A stretch of DNA of 64,000 bases from Octopus vulgaris (Eukaryota): NCBI GenBank assembly GCA_951406725.2, contig OX597816.1, positions 105,896,001 to 105,960,000 of the forward strand, given 5' to 3'. Every line of letters begins with the position of its first letter. Within the stretch, counting starts at the first letter, position 1. Under the pieces are notes generated by a model. The model saw only the letters and a list, made by a program, of their open reading frames with translations. It did no database searches and had not been told where the DNA came from. The position numbers and the translations under genes are program-made. Positions 53,340 to 64,000 of this stretch are shown here, in pieces.

Positions 53340-53870
53340 CTCTCTGCATTCATGGTTATAGCAGATGGGAAAAACATCAAAGAAATTAAATCAATGATTG
53401 GAAAGGCCAAGACAGTTTATGGTATGATGAAACATATATTGTCAAGTAAATGGCTATCAATAAGAATGACAAAAAGAGTTTTTAAGATCATATATAGAGC
53501 ATTGATACATATGTCTGTGTGACCTGGAACATCAAAACCTCCAAAACAAGTGCAAAAGCTTATCAATGCTGCAGAGATATAATACCTGAGAAGAATGCAG
53601 AAAGTATCAGACAAGCAAAATCCACCAGTAAAGTTTATCAACAGCATAATGAGACAAGTGGCTCAGTTCATTAGCCACCATATTAAAAAAAAATCCTTTA
53701 TCATTTGGTGACAACTAGGAAACTGAAAGAAGTTAGGGAAGTCAAAGACAGAAGATGCTTGATGGCCTTAATGGCTTCAGTAAAATCAGCCCAATAACAT
53801 GCTAAGTTGTTTGATGGGGAGAGAACATGGTGATCCCAGATCAATAGTGCCTGGAGACATCAAACATGAA
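53340..53870 (+). mobile_element. RTE LINE C-terminal relic
   Basis: ADGKNIKEIKSMIGKAKTVYGMMKHILSSKWLSIRMTKRVFK...TW...YLRRMQKVS. Confidence 0.7.
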
Positions 53871-56369
53871 TAAAGAGGTTTCTTTCTGCATGCTCGATTT
53901 TCCGATAGAAGATATGCCTACTCCACAACCAAATACTTCCAGGAAGAACATCTCATTGTGAAACAATTACCTCAGCAAATATATTCATTTTTTTGAAAAA
54001 TCAAGAAATTTTCATAAATTTTCACAAATGAAATTACTTTCTACTACTCCAGAAATAAGTAATTTCTAAATTAAAATCACAATTACTATCTCATGAATAC
54101 ATAACATCTTTGTAGCATCAATGAAAAAAAAATCTAAAATCAGTAAAGGGACATTTAAAATTATAAATTTAAAATCAGGTTTAAACAGCCTTGAAAGTAG
54201 TTAATGCAACATTACTGACTAAGTAATATAGTACAGGTTTCAAAAGAAATTTAATTAAAGTAGATAAACCTTTAAATATATCTACTTCTAATTATCACAT
54301 GTCAAATGTACAGGGAGCTATAAAGTTTTTGTTAAAACAAATATATGACTTTGTTTTCTGTTTTTTATTCCTTTATTTATGTCAAAATTGTTCTTGAGAG
54401 GATTGTATGATTGATAAATTGGCAAAGATAATAAAATTAGAAATATAGACCATATCTACTTGCAAGATACAGACTCATGATTTATCATGCAAAATTCCTT
54501 TTCGCAAATCCCCAAATCAAATTTTTAGGTGATTGTAGAGTCAATTAAATTGATTCAGTATGTAACTGCCACTTATTATATATAATTTGGAGAAATGAAC
54601 AGTAAACTGTACAGTAGCAGGCTCTGAATATAGAAACATGATGGAGGTCTCTAATATGGTGTTCTATTTATATTCATTTATCTATCATGACAATAAAGAA
54701 CAACACTATTAGCAGAAATGTGCAATGGCACTGTGATAAAATGTAATAATTAAGACATTTGAATTTGAAATCTGAGTCCTATAGTAATTAGTGCATTCTT
54801 GGTATTTACTTTATTAGCTCAAGAAAAATGAATGACTAAAATAAGTAACCAATTTTCCAAAGGATAAAATAACAAATCCAAGCAAAAGAGTTTAAGCATT
54901 TTCAAAATGTAGTATCAAATCAAGAAACTATTTTTATCTAACAATAAACAGCCTCTAATTATCTTTGTTATAACACAATAAAGATAAAATTCAACTTTCA
55001 ACTGATTTTTATCATAATAATAACCTTGTAACAAGATAAAAATAAATATTTAATAATTATAATCAGTTGATGCAAAAGATTTTATTTACTTTATAGAAGC
55101 CAAGACAATGTTATTATCTTTGACTTTATCATCAGTTTCCCAAGTAATTCATTATGATGTTGCAAAGCAATGTTTATCATTGAGTTTGAGAGCGATTCAA
55201 TCAAATTCAAGCTATGAGTTGAAAGTGAATACTGGAATATCCAAAAACATTAATTTACACACTTATAATAGTTAATTCTTCAGACTTTTAATGTCAGACA
55301 ATATCAGCAGGAGAAAGGAAAGACTGAAAATATGAACTTGCATAAAAACAATATACATTATCCTGAACCTGACATTTCTCTATGTCAAATTTAAACTGGC
55401 TTGTGTAATAAGCAATTTATCATGAAAGGAGATGAAAGAGCAGGTCACTGATGCAATTTGTTGATTGTGAAGTACTTCCAAGATTTTAAAACTGAAGAAC
55501 ATAAATGAAGTAATCTTCTATAATGCATCTGATGTCTGACATTATTATATATTGGAGACAAACTGACAGAAGGTGATGTAATAGAATGTTGACCTCATAG
55601 TCATTAGTTAAAATAGAACTACTGCTGGTGTGTTACACCTCTGAGTAATAGACATATAACTTTGCTTACTCTAGTTTGCTTGGCAAAACCAAAACAGCTG
55701 GTTCTACTCCTTACTCTACAGTAGATTAGTTAGCTGTAGAAAAGGGCATACAGTTATTAAAAAAATCTTTTCTGCTAGTGAGCTGTTACATGGTTGATCA
55801 GCTTGTCAGACACAGGAGAAAAATTCTCAAATTACACCCTACCATTTCATATAAGGATATAGAAAGAATGGTCATACTCGAATATCTGACCTCAAGTTGA
55901 ATCACAACCTCTTTTACTAATGCACCAACAAAAGGGAGCTCCTATGAGGTATCTTAACCTGCTAGCAATAGCAGCTATATCTCTCTCAAACCACACCCTA
56001 CCATCCAGGATACAATACACACAGATAAAAAATATAGGGTTAAAAAAAAACAGGATAAAAAAGATAAGTCGGCTAGAATGCCTTTGACCACAGGTTTACT
56101 CACTAAGGGTTGCCCCACCAGATAACCCATTCTAGCCAAACAAGTATTGAAAATGGATATAAAACAAAATAAATGCAAGAATTTTTTTTGCAATAATATC
56201 TTAACAATAAAGACAGATTGAACAAGAACTTTATTGATGTTATGTTTCATTAATACAGTCAGAAATTCAATACTGAGCCTTTGAATTGCCATGTACCAAA
56301 TTCCTGGCTATAATATCAATTAATTTCCTTTCAACTGCAGTTGCTCTTTTTTCTCCCTGCTTTAATAGT

Positions 56370-56598
56370 GGCTTCCCATTTTGCCACAAGGCCAGTAATT
56401 TTGATGGAGGGGTAACTTGATTACCTCAAGCCCAGTGCTCAACTGGTACTTATTTTATTGACCCCACCCAAAACAAAAGGATAAGGATGAAAGGCAAAGT
56501 CAACCTCAACAGAATCTGAACTCAGAATATAAGGATGAACAAAATGCCACTAAGTATTTCGCTCAGTGTGCTAATGATTCTGCCAGCTCGCTGCCTTA
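56370..56598 (-). mobile_element. tRNA-derived SINE (family 3)
   Basis: - strand GGCAGCGAGCTGGCAGAATCATTAGCACACTGAGCGAAATACTTAGTGGC...TTCTGAGTTCAGATTC...GACTTTGCCTTTCATCC; fragments also at ~12000, 12250, 14540, 25340, 27510. Confidence 0.7.
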
Positions 56599-57603
56599 TC
56601 TCCCTGCTTTAAAATTAAGAACTCATTGAATAGTATCAACCTTCTCAAACTAAGGAAGCTGCTGTGACATCACTCACCCTGCTAAAAATAAGTCAAATCT
56701 CCCCCAAAACATATCCCACCAACTTTAAGAAAAGGAAGGACACATTAGATAATTTAGTCCTGGAAACAAAATGATTGAAAATAAAAAGACAAGATAATCA
56801 CTCCTGAAACATCTTTTGTTGGATTAGAGGTGGCCTAGAGCTAAACAACAACCAATATCTTCACAGAAACAAGATAAATCAGAGATAGAATTTTCTCTTT
56901 ACTTTTTTTCTTGAATGGGATGATGAGGAAGGTAGATGTTAACTTTGTAATGAGAAAAGGCTGTGAAAGTGATAGAGATATAAGAGGAGGTGCAATGGAA
57001 AGAAGGGAGGCAACTAAAAGACCTGAAAATAAGATCAGCTTTTAATTCTCCAAATAGAAGTCTAAGCAAGTGTAATTAGAAATTTGATTCTTAGCTGTAA
57101 GCTAGCTTATTTCATGTATCTTAATAACGTTTATGATAATGGTTTGAATGTCATGATGCTTCAAAATAATATTTCAATATTTCAGTAAGCCAACAAACAT
57201 TTTGAAGTAAACATTCAGCAAACTGAATCAGCAAACCACACTTATGGTTATCTCATGCCAGCTATTTCATTAATGCTTTCATGACAATTATGAATGGTCC
57301 AATATCTAATAATCTGAAGCTTTGACTATTCTTAGAATTGTAATATTTCAGATATTCAGCTAATTTTTGAAGACATTTATTTGATTCCACACACACACAC
57401 TGCAGCACACAAGTAAGTAGACAGGCAAATAAAAAGATGCTGGAAAATGTACCATTTCAATCCTTAATTGGTTCAATTCTGGATTCAGCTCAGAACTATC
57501 ACTTGATGATTGGTGATAGAATATGTCAGCAACATAACCAATCCAAAATATGGAAACAGTCCAGGATAAATGGACATTACTTGTGTCAGGAACACACACA
57601 TAC

Positions 57604-57639
<36 letters not shown>

Positions 57640-57662
57640 ATATATATATACACACATATACA

Positions 57663-58539
57663 CGAAGTCTGATCAATAAGTGTCCTGACTGTTGCCATAG
57701 TAATGAAGCTAAAGTATGCAGAGTGAAGCTATTTGGCACAGACTGACCTTGACCTCTGCTGTGCATGTGTACTGAGTTTTAATGTTCTAGCTCACTTTCG
57801 CTGTTTACAGCAGTGTTTTGAAGTAATGTGTGTAATGTGTGATTGTCACTTTGACCATGACGGAGAGAGTTGTCATGGCGATACCTGCTCAGAGACCTAT
57901 GCAGAGTTGCAGAAAATGTATGAAGAGGAGTGTATGAGCTGCACACAAGCATATGAGTAGTTCAGACGTTTCCAAGATGGTCAAAAAATGTTGAGAATGA
58001 CAAATGCTCTGGGAGACCTGCAAACAGCAGAACTGAGAAAAACATCACAGATGTGCATGCAGCTGTGAGGGAAAACTGTTGAATCACCATCTGTGAGTTA
58101 TCAGAGGATGTGAAGATTAGTTACAGTTCAGCTCAATCCATTATCACTAAAGATTTGGGTATGAGATGCATGTCTGCCAAGTTTGTGCCAAAACTGCTTT
58201 CAGTTTAACAAAAAGACACTCATGTTTCAGTTGATTGTGTCAAGAATGATGAAAACTTTTTGAAAACTGTGAAGGCCTCTGAGCAGGTATCACCAAGCTT
58301 TTGACAAAATTTGATGCAGATTCTCAGCTCAACTTTCTCTGCCATATTCAATGCGACAAACACATGCTACACATGTTACTTCCAAGCACTGCTGTAAACA
58401 GCAGAAGTGAGCCAGAATAGTAAAACTTAGTGCACATGCACAGCAGAATTCAAGGTTAATCTGTGCCAAGTGGCTTCACTACACGCTTTACAGCTTCATT
58501 ACTATGGCAACAGTCCGGATACTTATTGATCAGACCACG
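57663..58539 (+). mobile_element. Non-autonomous mariner derivative with ~190-bp TIRs
   Basis: 57663-57855 is the reverse complement of 58348-58539; interior encodes mariner HTH remnant ETYAELQKMYEEECMSCTQAYE*FRRFQDG...SGRP...DLGMRCMSAKFVPKLL; TA after right end. Confidence 0.88.
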
Positions 58540-59249
58540 TATATATACTAAATTATTTAGTCTGGGAAACAAAATGACTGAATATATATATATATATATA
58601 TAAATTGGTTGGATTATACATTACGATATAATCTATGAATACACCAATAAAATTCTGCCAAAACAGCAGCTGTAAATTTTAAACCCTATTTGTATTCTTT
58701 CACACACACACGCACGCGTGCTTGTGTGGGTGGGTGTATAGGCGTGTGTGACACATAATCACACACATGCACGCACAAACATACATACACACACATAAAA
58801 GCAAACATACATACACACGTATATACACAAACACTCATACACACATACACTCATATGTACACACACAGCAGCACCAACACATTGACACATGTCACCACAC
58901 ATCTCCCCACCAAATGTAACTACTACTACTAACTTGTCAAAGCCACTCATCACTCTCTCACACACACACTGGCCATTTTCACACTCTCCTGCCTTCAAAA
59001 ACCACTTTCTCTATCTCTCTTCACTTCCAATCACTTCATTCATATAACCACACACATGTTTTTCTCAGATTATTCTTCTCCTTCTCTCTGAACATTTACT
59101 CTTTCCTCTCTCTGAGGAAGAGCCCTACGCAAGACATCCCACACCCTCTTTTTTCCATTTTAAACTGAGCATCACTGTATATATTGTTTTGTTTTTGATT
59201 TTATTTTTGATTCACCTATATATATACATAGTCAGTAAGACATAAATCT

Positions 59250-60020
59250 GAAAAAGAAAAGAACAGTATACAATATAAATAAAGTAAGATAAGGCCAGTT
59301 TATGGGATTGCCCTGGGTTTCACATCCATAAATGCTTATCATCAGATCCCAAAACCTGTTGGCCTCTCTAGCAAGTGGCCTTTCTAGAATAGGGAGGAGG
59401 AAAGGACCTTGCTACTCAATGATAGCAACAGGGGATTATCTCCCTTTCGCTATCGATTGCAAGTGACCCTGTTATCTTGTGGGTTCCAATAGGCCAGCAA
59501 GAATCTCCTGAAATGCAAGCATGATCCAAAGACCTCCCTCCTAGAGTTAAGGATGTTCCCTAGTTTGAGAGATTCCTTTAGAATCCTCACTCATTCCTCT
59601 ATGCATAATTTACAGCACTTGGTAGGGGCCTGGATATTCTAGGATTCTCTATGATACTGTGCATGGAATCCCATTGTCTTTCAGCTACCATACATGGCTG
59701 TATAATGACATGATATATCTCCTTACCGGTATCCTGAAGGAGGATCTGTGGTTGGAGAGGCATTGTTTGAACATGTTCACGGAGAAACCAATGTATCTCT
59801 GTGGTCGGATGTTGGCAGTGCTGTGTCTATTGGTGTTGGCATTGCTGCTACCACTGTTGCTGCTACTGCTGTTGTTGGTACAGGCGCTGATGGTGTTGGC
59901 GTCATTGGAGGTAGTGATGGTGTTGGTACCATCACTACTGGTGTTGTAATGGTGTGGTTGTTGTTAGAGTCATCATCATTGATGGAGGCGCTGTCACTGC
60001 TGTTACAGATGTCATTTATC
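59250..60020 (-). mobile_element. Penelope-like element 3' fragment: GIY-YIG endonuclease remnant plus 3' hammerhead
   Basis: - strand: RYIGFSVNMFKQCLSNHRSSFR...SLYSHVW*LKDNGIP...RIL..PY / KCCKLCIEE*VRILKE...ILNSRREVFGSCLHFRRFLL, the Penelope GIY-YIG C-terminal signature. Confidence 0.8.
59304..59350 (-). ncRNA. Type-I hammerhead ribozyme motif (family B)
   Basis: - strand: GGGAT CTGATGA TAA GCAT TTATGG ATGT GAAA CCCAGGG CA ATCCC; stem I GGGAU/AUCCC, intact CUGAUGA/GAAA, triplet GCA instead of GUA. Confidence 0.65.
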
Positions 60021-60083
60021 TGATGGGTTACTTTATACTTTTGTAGAGTACAAATTTATTATTCTTATACAGGAATTTTGTTG

Positions 60084-60128
60084 ATAGTGACTTCAAAGTT
60101 TCGGCCAGCTAAGCCATTGTCAGATTGT
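60084..60128 (-). ncRNA. Type-I hammerhead ribozyme motif (family A) in a pLTR-like segment (60015-60130)
   Basis: - strand: ACAAT CTGACAA T GGC TTAGCTG GCC GAAAC TTTGAA GTC ACTAT; stem II GGC/GCC, GUC triplet; homologous to 2416-2607. Confidence 0.55.
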
Positions 60129-60902
60129 GATGCATTAGAGTTTACTATAAAATCCTAATTACCACCCAACTTAAACATGCACAACCAAAGATGGTTTTTA
60201 ACTCAACAGTGACTAAATACACACACTCACACACACACAGATAGATATATGTGTATACATACACATACATAATTACATATATGTGTGTGTGTGTGTACAC
60301 ATATATACGCATATAAACACATATACATATATACACATATACATGTGTGTGTATATATATATATATACACACACACACATATATATATACATATACACAC
60401 ACACATGCACATATATACATATTCAACCCATACCAGCATGGAGAAGGGATATGTGATGATGATGATGATGATGACAATGATGATATTCAAATTATGCAAT
60501 ACAAGCAACTCTAGAGAAAAATCTTTGTCTATATAACATATTTAATTTATGTATATAATTGTAAAAACAGAAACTACAGTTTTTCACCCAACAAGAATCT
60601 TTTATAAACACATTGTGTTAAAAAAAAACACAATATACTTCAGACATATACTTAAGAGCTAGATGAAATAAAATTGCCCCAGAAGCAACAACAAGAGTGA
60701 CATAAATATTTCACCGTTGCATCTTAATAATGTCACATACTCTCGGTCATTTCCTGAGCAATTCCATTCTGCCTAACTCTGAATTATATTGTGATTTTTA
60801 ACACAATACATCTATAAAGGGAATTTTCAAGATGTAAAACTGCAGCTCTTAACTATTCAAAGAAACATATACATTAAGTGTGTTGTAGAGATAAATATAT
60901 CT

Positions 60903-61083
60903 ATCATCAGCATCATTATTTAACATACATTTTCCATGCTGGCACTGGTTGGATGGTTTGACAGGAGGTGGTAAGGCCAGGGGCCATGACAGGGTCCACG
61001 CCAGGCTCCACTGTCTGTTCTGGTATGGTTTTTACAGCTGGATCCTTTTTCCTAACACCAACCATTTTACAGACTGCACTGGA

Positions 61084-61087
<4 letters not shown>
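60903..61087 (-). mobile_element. RTE 3'-UTR-derived repeat
   Basis: TTTAACATACATTTTCCATGCTGGCACTGGTTGGATGG...CCAGGCTCC...TTTTACAGCTGGATCC matches 9673-9810. Confidence 0.7.
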
Positions 61088-61131
<44 letters not shown>

Positions 61132-61268
61132 ACACACATATTTGTATATCTATATATATATGCATATGAATGTCTGTGTGTGTATACAAGTGTGTGTATA
61201 CACGGTGTATAACGGCGGTGCATCAGCATGGCCGCAGCTCTGAGCTGAAACTAGAAAAAAAAAAAAAA

Positions 61269-61318
<50 letters not shown>

Positions 61319-64000
61319 TCATATCTACAAAACTCAATGTGTATAAACTCCATATGTACAAAATATACTTGGTTCTACTTGTTTATGCAATGCTCTTATG
61401 TCATAACAGTGTGTGTGTATGTGTGTGTGTGCATGTGAGTGTGTGCAAGTGTGTGTGTGCATGTGTGTGTGTGCATGTGAGTGTGTGTGTGCCTGTGTGT
61501 GCGTGTGTGTGCATAATAAAATATAGTCTTTTCACTAACTCATTTGATTTAAAAACAAAATGCTCTTAGCTTTTCACCTTTATCTATGTGTATGTATGTA
61601 TGCATGTATATATGTATCTGCATGTGCAAGTGTCTACCTAAACAAAGGGTTTAACAATGACAACAAAACTGATGCTGATTTGGAGGGTATTAATTTTCAC
61701 GTGAAATATCACATATTCTAATTTGTTTATAATAAATTGCTTGAGAAATTAAGCATTTTCATTAAGCCACTTAAAAAGATGTTAAATCTTAAACATTAAC
61801 TATTCAGAAAACATAACTAATGATATCCACACATAACAGTGAATAGGTATCTATATTTTCAGTCTACTTGAAGGTAATTAAATATTAATCATTACCTTTA
61901 TATTTTATTCAGTAGCATTTCACCTGATTTAATCTACAATAGCCCCCAAGGTATCATATCACTGTGAGCTCAAGAGCACTTCTTTTTCTCTTTAGCTGTC
62001 AATTCTATGCTGCTCTAACATTTTCCATGCAACTTATGATCGTTAACAGATGGGAATGGGTGTATTTCTTTACAGCTGAATACAAACAAGGGAGGAAAAA
62101 TAACAAAAGTAGAGATTTGAGGCTTGAATCATTGATCAGTAAGCCTTGGGTAATTACAGGTTTCAGTAGAGTACAGCAGTAAACATAGTTTTTTATTTCC
62201 TAGTTACTGGTGACCCAGAACTGTTTAACTGTTGTTTCCATGGTGCAGTTTAACAGGAAACAGAAATCACTACATAAAAAGCAGTACATTTTTATTGTGA
62301 GCAGTTTATTTTTAGTTCTTTTGTTCATTAAAGCTAGACACAAAAGAAAATGAGAGACTTTAATTGCAAGTACAACTCTTTCACTAGTAATCTAATACCT
62401 AGGTTAGTGATTCATACAATTATTTTATATGTATAAAAAAAAATCACTTCCATCTATAATATTAGCAACAAACTAACATCTAATCAGTAAAAGCTATCAA
62501 TAACCAGTTGTTTGTTTAATTTGGTCATGAAGTCTGATGTCTTATTAATCAAGCTACACTGACTTTCCTTCTACTCTTATGCTTTCATGATCATCCTCAT
62601 CATCAACTCTATCATACTTATCATTTTTACATCTATTTTTAAAACTTTGGTGGATTACAGGGGTCCTTGTAACGACCTCTCTTGTCAGCTTGCTTGCTAA
62701 TTATTTCCTATCAATTACCTCAGTGATACGTTATGCACTCGCGTTCACATAACAAAATACATTTGTAAATCAAAAACAAAATTTGAATACCTTTTCATAG
62801 GTAATGACAATGTATAAGTAAATCAAACTGCTATTCAATATCTGCACTATATGCATATATTTCACATCATCATCTTTTTCATCAGTTCAATATCCATTTC
62901 CTTTACTGGTATGGATTATGTGGGTCAATACAACAGACTATTTTCACAAATTATTTTTTTTCCAAAGAACAAGCTTTTTTAAGGTTCAATTTAAGTTCCT
63001 TATTTCCATTCCTTCACCACCACCCGCACACTTATTTTAAGTTAATTCACCTGTAATATAATATTTGTATTCTCACACACAAACTGAATCTACAACCTAC
63101 TACAACTCTATTCAGAGCTTACTTTATCATGGTGCGCTCTTCAATCATTCAAAACTTAATCCATTAGATTAACCATTTTAACAGCAACCCATCAAAGATC
63201 ACTCATTCAAATTTAAATTAAAATCTTGATCAAGCTCCCATTATTGCATGAATGATGATATAAGACATTAGAATTCACTTTGATATGAGACATTAGGATT
63301 CATGCTGATTATAATTCAAAACACATCACACCTTTTGTCCTATTTACATAAAAGATATTAGCTAACTTTCTATTTCCAGTTGTTGCTTAGAACAACAAAC
63401 TATACTCAAAAACAGTCTATCCATGACCATCTAGTCCTTTCTTCAAATAGAATGAATGATGCTATATTCTTCTCTCTGCTTCTTAATATAGCTTCTAGAT
63501 ATAGTTTTTTTCAACCTCTTTTCTTTCCCATTTTCCAAGCATGTAATTTTCTCATACGATTTTTTTCATTTTATTTAACCCCATATATTACTTTCTATCT
63601 CTATATTTCTCTTCCAGTCACAGACATAACTAATGGCTTGCAACAGCAACTATTTTCTATTTTAATTAGTTTCTACTTCTCCATTCCTCTAAGAATCTTC
63701 AATCTATATGAAAACAAAACCTTATGGTTGTAGTTTTTAACATATATAAAACCTCGTTGCTTTATTTCTTTCTTTTATACTGTAATTTACTAATAATCTA
63801 ATAAGGATGTATATTTCACAGCAAGTATTAACTTTATGTTCTTAAGTTATTTGTTTTGTCTAAAAAACAATGTAAGTTTATAAATGGTAGGTAACCAGCT
63901 TTAGTTACAAGTTGTAAAATAATAAAATTCTATAATTCTAATGTTATTACTGTTCCTGTATTATGACCATAGACAACACCCATGTATACAATGGGATTGT

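Noticed and set aside
59112-59140. CTGAGGA-AGAGC motif as a further hammerhead
   Set aside because: No GAAA or cleavage triplet follows; at most a deleted remnant.

Overview
AT-rich, microsatellite-dense eukaryotic DNA whose repeat complement (tRNA-derived SINEs with ...AATGACTGAAACAAGTAAAAGA tails, RTE LINEs with (ATG)n tails) suggests an Octopus/coleoid cephalopod genome; this is inferred from repeat families, not proven. No intact host protein-coding gene could be confidently identified, so the window looks intronic or intergenic. It holds many decayed mobile elements: an internally deleted Helitron with both termini and a PIF1-helicase pseudogene (5923-9015), a full-length 1286-bp mariner (15146-16431), a maT-like element nested in a SINE, a mariner derivative with ~190-bp TIRs, a hAT (SPIN/GTF2IRD2-like) element, a Gypsy relic, RTE, Dong/R4 and jockey/CR1-like LINE fragments, and many SINEs. 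The most notable signals are (1) five type-I hammerhead-ribozyme motifs of three families, four in Penelope-like contexts: two bracket a GIY-YIG endonuclease remnant (59304-60128), two sit in an inverted pair, and one has a greatly extended stem II with a nested second core (37024-37137); (2) a ~550-bp inverted duplication able to form a long dsRNA stem (27359-30020); (3) an RTE insertion with twin-priming inversion geometry (40050-41240). Boundaries of decayed elements are approximate.
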